A DNA stretch of 64,000 nt from a virus, in IMG/VR virus record IMGVR_UViG_3300020439_000005, positions 1 to 64,000 of that record; one strand, written 5' to 3'. The notes under the pieces were generated by a model. It was given only the letters and a program-made list of their open reading frames with translations, was not told the DNA's origin and did no database searches. Shown here one piece after another: positions 59,246-64,000 of this stretch (position 1 is its first letter; each line of letters starts with the position of its first letter). Position numbers and translations under genes: made by a program.

Positions 59246-59260
59246 CCCACCCTTATGAAG
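59246..59260 (-). promoter_or_regulatory. Class B promoter
   Basis: CTTCATAAGGGTGGG, identical to 11570-11584. Confidence 0.6.
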
Positions 59261-59266
59261 AACGAC

Positions 59267-59722
59267 CTATGATACCATAGTTAGGTACGTTGCTATGTGA
59301 CGTTCTTTGTATTCCCGTTTGGCTCTTGAGTTTTCAAATCTGAGAATCTTCTTCGGCTTGTACCAAAGTTTCTGCTTGTCTTTTGACTCAACGATACGGA
59401 GTGCCTTAGCAACCTTTCTTGTTGCATGGCTCGCTACGATGTACGGCAGTATCGGTCCTATGTCTCGGTCGGGATAATCCGGCCAACATGCGTTGAAGAT
59501 TCGGAGACTTGCTTCTTCGGGTGTTGGTGCCGAGACTGCTAGTGCTACTATTGCATCTATCTCCTCGGCGAAAGCCTCAGCCTCCTTTACTCCCTCATCA
59601 TGTAGAACGTCCTTGAAGTGATTGAACGAACCATAGTGGTCCAACATGATACGCCTAGCCTCATGGTGGGTGAACCCACACTTGAGTCTCAGAGTATTGT
59701 ATAGTTGATTTTTCCACGTCAT
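59267..59722 (-). CDS. Hypothetical protein
   Basis: ATG 59722 overlaps the polB stop (ATGA). Confidence 0.6.
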   Translation of the reverse strand: MTWKNQLYNTLRLKCGFTHHEARRIMLDHYGSFNHFKDVLHDEGVKEAEAFAEEIDAIVALAVSAPTPEEASLRIFNACWPDYPDRDIGPILPYIVASHATRKVAKALRIVESKDKQKLWYKPKKILRFENSRAKREYKERHIATYLTMVS

Positions 59723-62340
59723 GTAAACCACGTATCAAACGATTCGGTTCCTGTCCTGTTGATTGCTCTATCCCATGATGTACCCATGGCTCCTAGGATT
59801 TGCTCAAAGGAGTTTGACTCTCCTATGTATTTGGCTAGGCTCGCCTCCCTATCGACTACAATATCGAAGTCGTCGGGGTTCTCTCCCCATTCAACCGCAA
59901 CCCACCTGTTCTCCGGTAGTGGGTGCTTCGACTTTCTAGCAAGGTACAGACATGGCTTGTCTCCAATATCAAACTCGGTTCCCAAATATCGGTTCGACCA
60001 CATCGAAGCCTTGTGTGCCTGTGTTCCTTCTTTCTTCATACCCGACGGCTTTCCGTAGTGTGAGGAGGGAGTCTTGCTTTCATCGAGCAAGTTCTCGTTC
60101 CATGTTCTCAACAAATCATTCAACTTACTAGCGTCGCCTCCTTCTAAGATGCAAGCAAAGATAGCCTTCTGAATATCCTTGACTACCTGTGGAGTTGATG
60201 ACCTTCTAATCTCAACTCCTCTGAATCCGAAGTTATCATCGAAGTCAACGTATGCGTATCGCTTCTTTACTCCCCATTGGAAATATCGAGCGTAGTACGC
60301 ATCGGGCTTGATTCTGAAAAACTCATTCTTGTCGACATTCAGAGTTTCTTTCACGAAATCGTCGAAGGAATCATTCAACTCGTCGCAGAGTTGTAGAGCG
60401 AACGATTCGACGTCGCTCCGTAGGACGGGTGCTACTTTCCGTAAATCGGCAAGATTCGTGATACCAACTTTGCATGAATCAGTATCTTGATACAGAGTCT
60501 TGAATTGAACCTCCATTCCATTCCATTCTAGTGTTCGATTGTTAATGTAATTCTTATTCCAATCATTGTGTAGCCGAGCAACCTCTGTAATGTCTGAGCC
60601 TATTTCGGGGTCAGCCAAACGGAACGGGCGTCTCTTTGTCTTCTCAGTCATACCCGAGCCTAGTACGCCGTACCAACTATTCATGTTCTCTTTCATTACA
60701 CGCTGACGTCTATCCAAAGATAGGTATTCATCTGAACCATACTCAACGTCCTTCATGGCCCCACGTGTCGCCTCTCTCCCCTCTGCGAGGGTTCTGAGAA
60801 CCCGAGGCATGATACCCTCCACGTCACGTCGATAGTATCGACCACTCGGAGTTATGGTCACGGGGAACGGGAATCCGTCGGGATAGTCCTTCGGGTCAAT
60901 CTTAGTGTCCGGTGAGAAGTTGCCTGTTATCATAGCCGATGGGTATTCCATTGAGTTATCCACTTCAAAGGCACACTCGAATACACCTGTTGGTGCATCC
61001 ATCACGAAGCCTCCCGCTTCTATCGACCCTTCTATCTTAGAAGCAGTCAGAGATGCTGACGGCATGACCATGTTATCAGCCATGAGAAGGTGCCCCATCA
61101 TGTCCTCCACTAGCAACATATTGCTATGGCTATGGTGGAGAGTTGAGTTGTGATAAGCGGTCTTAGTGATATAGAACCGAAGGAGATTGAGTTTACTCAT
61201 ACAACGAGCGGCGCACACATTATCCCATGCGTTGTAAACTGCTAGCATTACGGGGTCACGTACCATTAGGTCTGTTATGCGTGTACGTGGGACTTTACCA
61301 TAGCCCAATGTCTGACCCGCCATCCATGCTAGGCTAGCGGCACCTGTTGTAGCGGCGGCACCTTGTACCTGTTCTGCGTATGCTATCTTCGTGTCGAAGT
61401 ATGGCATGTACTTGAGATACCGCATATTCGGCCAAGCGGTGTCGGTTCGTGAAAGAGAAGAAGTGTGATTTTTCACGTTCATTCGTTTGCATCTGTTGAT
61501 TACGTACGGGTGGTCGTAGCCTATTATGTTCTGACCGGCGATTACATCGGGGTCGTAATGCTTGATTCTATCATTGAACCACCACATCAACTGACGTTCT
61601 CTTTCTTCCTCGTCCTCGTCATCGAATACCTTGACTACAACCTTTGCAGGGTCGAGCGGGGGTATCGGCTCTGTGTGTTCAACAACTGACTCAAGGGCCT
61701 CCTGTGAGCCAAGGAATCGCTTTACTAGATTAGTAGCGGTAGGTACAGTCGTACCTATCTCATGTGTGTCTGTCTTCTCATCATAGATTGCGATAGAGAC
61801 AATTGGTTCCGGTGCGTTCTCCATATCCAAAGAGTCGGCGGTCTCAATATCATAGTACAACAAATCAAGGTCGAAGTCATCGACAGTCGTGACCGATGAA
61901 TGAATGTCTTTGTACGATACTACGTAGGAACCGTCTTCTGCCTTACGCAGATTTCCCAACGGCACTCTGATGACTGCGGTCCACGAATACCACCAACGAA
62001 CCAAAGAACCCCATTTTGCATCTGCACAATAGTGAGGGAAGAAATGGTCTCTCACTTCTCGAATGTGGCTCGGTCGTTCGCATCTTACCTCGTACAACTT
62101 CTTCCCTTCGATACTACGTATCTCCGTTGGTCGGATAGAAATGTGCTGAGAGATAAGTTCCTTGTCGAAGGTCGAATGTTCAGTCCAAAACTTAGGTACG
62201 CAGTCGGTGACTTTCAGAATTACAGTTTCACCATCGGTTGTTTTGCCTCTGATTTCAGTCCACCATCTCTTAGGCTCCTCGACGGCTCTAACGCTCACAA
62301 CTAGAAGGTCATGCCATACTCTCACGGACGTACCCTCCAT
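59719..62340 (-). CDS. polB: Family B DNA polymerase with 3'-5' exonuclease
   Basis: YYDIET, GQNIIGYD, YNAWD; DNSMEYPS, KENMNSWYG, YQDTDS, KKRY; PIP-like C-terminus ESFDTWF. Confidence 0.95.
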   Translation of the reverse strand: MEGTSVRVWHDLLVVSVRAVEEPKRWWTEIRGKTTDGETVILKVTDCVPKFWTEHSTFDKELISQHISIRPTEIRSIEGKKLYEVRCERPSHIREVRDHFFPHYCADAKWGSLVRWWYSWTAVIRVPLGNLRKAEDGSYVVSYKDIHSSVTTVDDFDLDLLYYDIETADSLDMENAPEPIVSIAIYDEKTDTHEIGTTVPTATNLVKRFLGSQEALESVVEHTEPIPPLDPAKVVVKVFDDEDEEERERQLMWWFNDRIKHYDPDVIAGQNIIGYDHPYVINRCKRMNVKNHTSSLSRTDTAWPNMRYLKYMPYFDTKIAYAEQVQGAAATTGAASLAWMAGQTLGYGKVPRTRITDLMVRDPVMLAVYNAWDNVCAARCMSKLNLLRFYITKTAYHNSTLHHSHSNMLLVEDMMGHLLMADNMVMPSASLTASKIEGSIEAGGFVMDAPTGVFECAFEVDNSMEYPSAMITGNFSPDTKIDPKDYPDGFPFPVTITPSGRYYRRDVEGIMPRVLRTLAEGREATRGAMKDVEYGSDEYLSLDRRQRVMKENMNSWYGVLGSGMTEKTKRRPFRLADPEIGSDITEVARLHNDWNKNYINNRTLEWNGMEVQFKTLYQDTDSCKVGITNLADLRKVAPVLRSDVESFALQLCDELNDSFDDFVKETLNVDKNEFFRIKPDAYYARYFQWGVKKRYAYVDFDDNFGFRGVEIRRSSTPQVVKDIQKAIFACILEGGDASKLNDLLRTWNENLLDESKTPSSHYGKPSGMKKEGTQAHKASMWSNRYLGTEFDIGDKPCLYLARKSKHPLPENRWVAVEWGENPDDFDIVVDREASLAKYIGESNSFEQILGAMGTSWDRAINRTGTESFDTWFT

Positions 62341-62639
62341 ATTGCTCCCCTGCTATTATCCTCCTTATCGAAGTGTCGCCGATGAGACTTTAGTATCTGA
62401 GATAGGGCCAATGGAGACCTAACGTGTAGGTTCTGAGTCACACCCAATCTCGGGCTTTTCCATTCATAGATAGGAGTCCCTTCAATTACCATGTTTTCCC
62501 ACATGTTCCTCACCGTTGAGGGTCCGTGTTCTTTCAGCCATTCATAGATTAAGGGGACTAAATACTCGTTGCGTATCGCAGACTTCTGCATCCGAGAAAG
62601 GCCACTAAGCCAACTCTTTCTATTCCTTCGCCTCGTCAT
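62322..62639 (-). CDS. Putative winged-helix protein
   Basis: IYEWLKEHGPSTVRNM...SPLALSQILK...IWRV. Confidence 0.5.
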   Translation of the reverse strand: MTRRRNRKSWLSGLSRMQKSAIRNEYLVPLIYEWLKEHGPSTVRNMWENMVIEGTPIYEWKSPRLGVTQNLHVRSPLALSQILKSHRRHFDKEDNSRGAIWRVRP

Positions 62640-62853
62640 CTAATCGCCTTATGATTTGAGCGGACAGATAAATTACTAGGTCTAGGATTTCTTCTAGTCC
62701 CATCTCCGTCCATGAATCCGTTTTGGTTCCGTACTGTGTAGTATCGTCCTGTATTCTCATTCCGTGTCCGTATCTTTCTTGACCCACTATCATTCTCTCT
62801 TTGATAGTATCAAGTATTCTCTGATTGTCGTCTGTAAACTCTATGTCCGTCAT
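62620..62853 (-). CDS. MazG-like all-alpha nucleotide pyrophosphatase
   Basis: R..GQERYG...W..GLEEILDLVIYL (EExxD motif). Confidence 0.6.
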   Translation of the reverse strand: MTDIEFTDDNQRILDTIKERMIVGQERYGHGMRIQDDTTQYGTKTDSWTEMGLEEILDLVIYLSAQIIRRLDDEAKE

Positions 62854-62854
62854 T

Positions 62855-63772
62855 TCATATCTCTCCGTGTAAATGTGCTAAGTAGCCCTGTTCGTCAAAG
62901 CCTTTCTTATCTAACTCAACTAACGTCATTCCGTAGTTGTCGATTTCTTCTCCTTCCCATTCGGATTTTTTTCCCAATGGAATATCTTTGAATGGTTTGT
63001 AATTAACATGGTGATGATGTCGATTGAATCTCCAAACGACTTTCGCTACATCGGGGTGCATGTCTTCTAACATCTTAGATTTCAGATAGGTTCCATCCTC
63101 AGAATAAAACTGTTCATGATTACCACCACCCATTCTTTGTGTAGTCACTTTGCCCTGTAAGAAGGCGTTGAATTGTAATGTAGCCCAACCGTCTTTCAAG
63201 ACTCTCAAGCATAAGTCCGTATCTTCATTGTATCTCCCTCTCCACCGATAAGGAATATCGTTCCGAATGAAAAGGCATGAGTAAATCCGTGTGTTCTTGA
63301 CGTACGGAGGCACACCGTCATTCGACTTAACAAATGAATAGTAGTTAGGTCCCGAGATTGCTATGTTGTCGTATCGAAGAACGAAATCCTCCATGGCTCT
63401 AAAGATTGTACCACTTGTGACTTCGGCTTTGATATTCTTATTGACTCTGTGAAAGGCATCCAAATTATCATCCATCACCCAATGATGAGAATATCCTCTT
63501 TCGATAGAATGGTCCCATGCAAAATTGCGAGCCGCTCCCGGTCCTATCCTTGGGTCGTCATCGTCCCAAAATACATCATATTCTTCATTGTATTTTTTGG
63601 GGGTGACTAGAATCTTATCGGGGTCGACCACCTTTGCATATTTTTCATACTCATGTTCTTCGACGATAAGGTGAAATGGAATCCTGTTCAGTTCCAAAGC
63701 CTTCACGGTGAGGCGACGTCGTTCATCCCAACGACCTTTTGAGACGACGTAAATTGGGAAGTTAGGATTCAT
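62855..63772 (-). CDS. GT-A glycosyltransferase, TET-associated/GREB1-like family (probable DNA base glycosylation)
   Basis: PIYVVSKGR, GAARNFAW, WVMDDN, IYSCLFI, RGRYNEDTDLCLR, MGGGN. Confidence 0.75.
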   Translation of the reverse strand: MNPNFPIYVVSKGRWDERRRLTVKALELNRIPFHLIVEEHEYEKYAKVVDPDKILVTPKKYNEEYDVFWDDDDPRIGPGAARNFAWDHSIERGYSHHWVMDDNLDAFHRVNKNIKAEVTSGTIFRAMEDFVLRYDNIAISGPNYYSFVKSNDGVPPYVKNTRIYSCLFIRNDIPYRWRGRYNEDTDLCLRVLKDGWATLQFNAFLQGKVTTQRMGGGNHEQFYSEDGTYLKSKMLEDMHPDVAKVVWRFNRHHHHVNYKPFKDIPLGKKSEWEGEEIDNYGMTLVELDKKGFDEQGYLAHLHGEI

Positions 63773-64000
63773 CTATCCATCTCCTTACATACGGTTTGAT
63801 ATGTGGCTTGTATGGGAACCACATACTCTTTGTTTTAGGAGTCAATTTTTGTCCTACTAATTCAGCAAACAACATCAAGTCCTCCTCTGTCTCGAATCGA
63901 ATGTTAATCATAGAGAAAGGCTCTTTTTTGGGTTGGTCAAACTCCGGCATACCTTTCCATTCTTCGCTAGGTGTTCCCTCTGTTATTTCTTCGTCCGTCA
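63762..64000 (-). CDS. Small protein typical of the same glycosyltransferase loci (5' end at window edge)
   Basis: EEWKGMPEFDQ..IRFETEEDL..FAELVGQKLTPKTKSMWFP; frame open to the window end. Confidence 0.6.
   Translation of the reverse strand, partial: TDEEITEGTPSEEWKGMPEFDQPKKEPFSMINIRFETEEDLMLFAELVGQKLTPKTKSMWFPYKPHIKPYVRRWIDES

Noticed and set aside
59026-59250. 74-aa ORF from the track
   Set aside because: A different frame (59075-59227) gives a CxxC/CxxC protein at the expected promoter spacing
59719-62340. Inteins in PolB, helicases or terminase
   Set aside because: Protein lengths are normal and no intein splice-junction or LAGLIDADG motifs were seen

Overview
The window is about 64 kb of a large head-tail archaeal virus genome. 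The best match by gene content is a magrovirus-type virus of Marine Group II/III Thermoplasmatota (Poseidoniales); this host assignment is inferred, not shown by the sequence. Almost all genes are on the minus strand. From left to right: (1) a >879-aa collagen-like fibre with CBM5/12-like knobs, running off the left edge and missed by the ORF track; (2) an archaeal-type replication/recombination module (ERCC4 nuclease, PriS-PriL fused primase, PCNA-like clamp, Cas4-like exonuclease, 2OG-Fe(II) oxygenase, Sak4-like ATPase, OB-fold SSB, MCM-like AAA+ helicase, DinG/XPD helicase); (3) a siphovirus morphogenesis module (tail proteins, tape measure, frameshifted tail chaperones, tail tube, adaptor, HK97 capsid, protease/scaffold, portal, terminase), interrupted by an inverted GroES-GroEL pair, a GT4 glycosyltransferase and small genes with their own promoters; (4) a MoxR AAA+/vWA pair, an RFC-like clamp loader, PolB and a probable DNA-glycosylation cluster. 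Three promoter classes sit at nearly fixed distances from leaderless start codons and can be used as a ruler for transcription starts. Applied to intergenic DNA, this points to three unannotated, independently promoted structured non-coding RNA genes: two tandem ~100-nt covarying pseudoknots (16006-16257) and a ~290-nt multi-hairpin RNA between terminase and portal (48208-48500). A related pseudoknot follows the MoxR gene, and a nested scaffold gene has its own promoter inside the protease gene. GATC, AGCT and CCAG/CTGG look strongly depleted in the segments scanned by eye. All calls come from motif recognition by eye; no searches were run.
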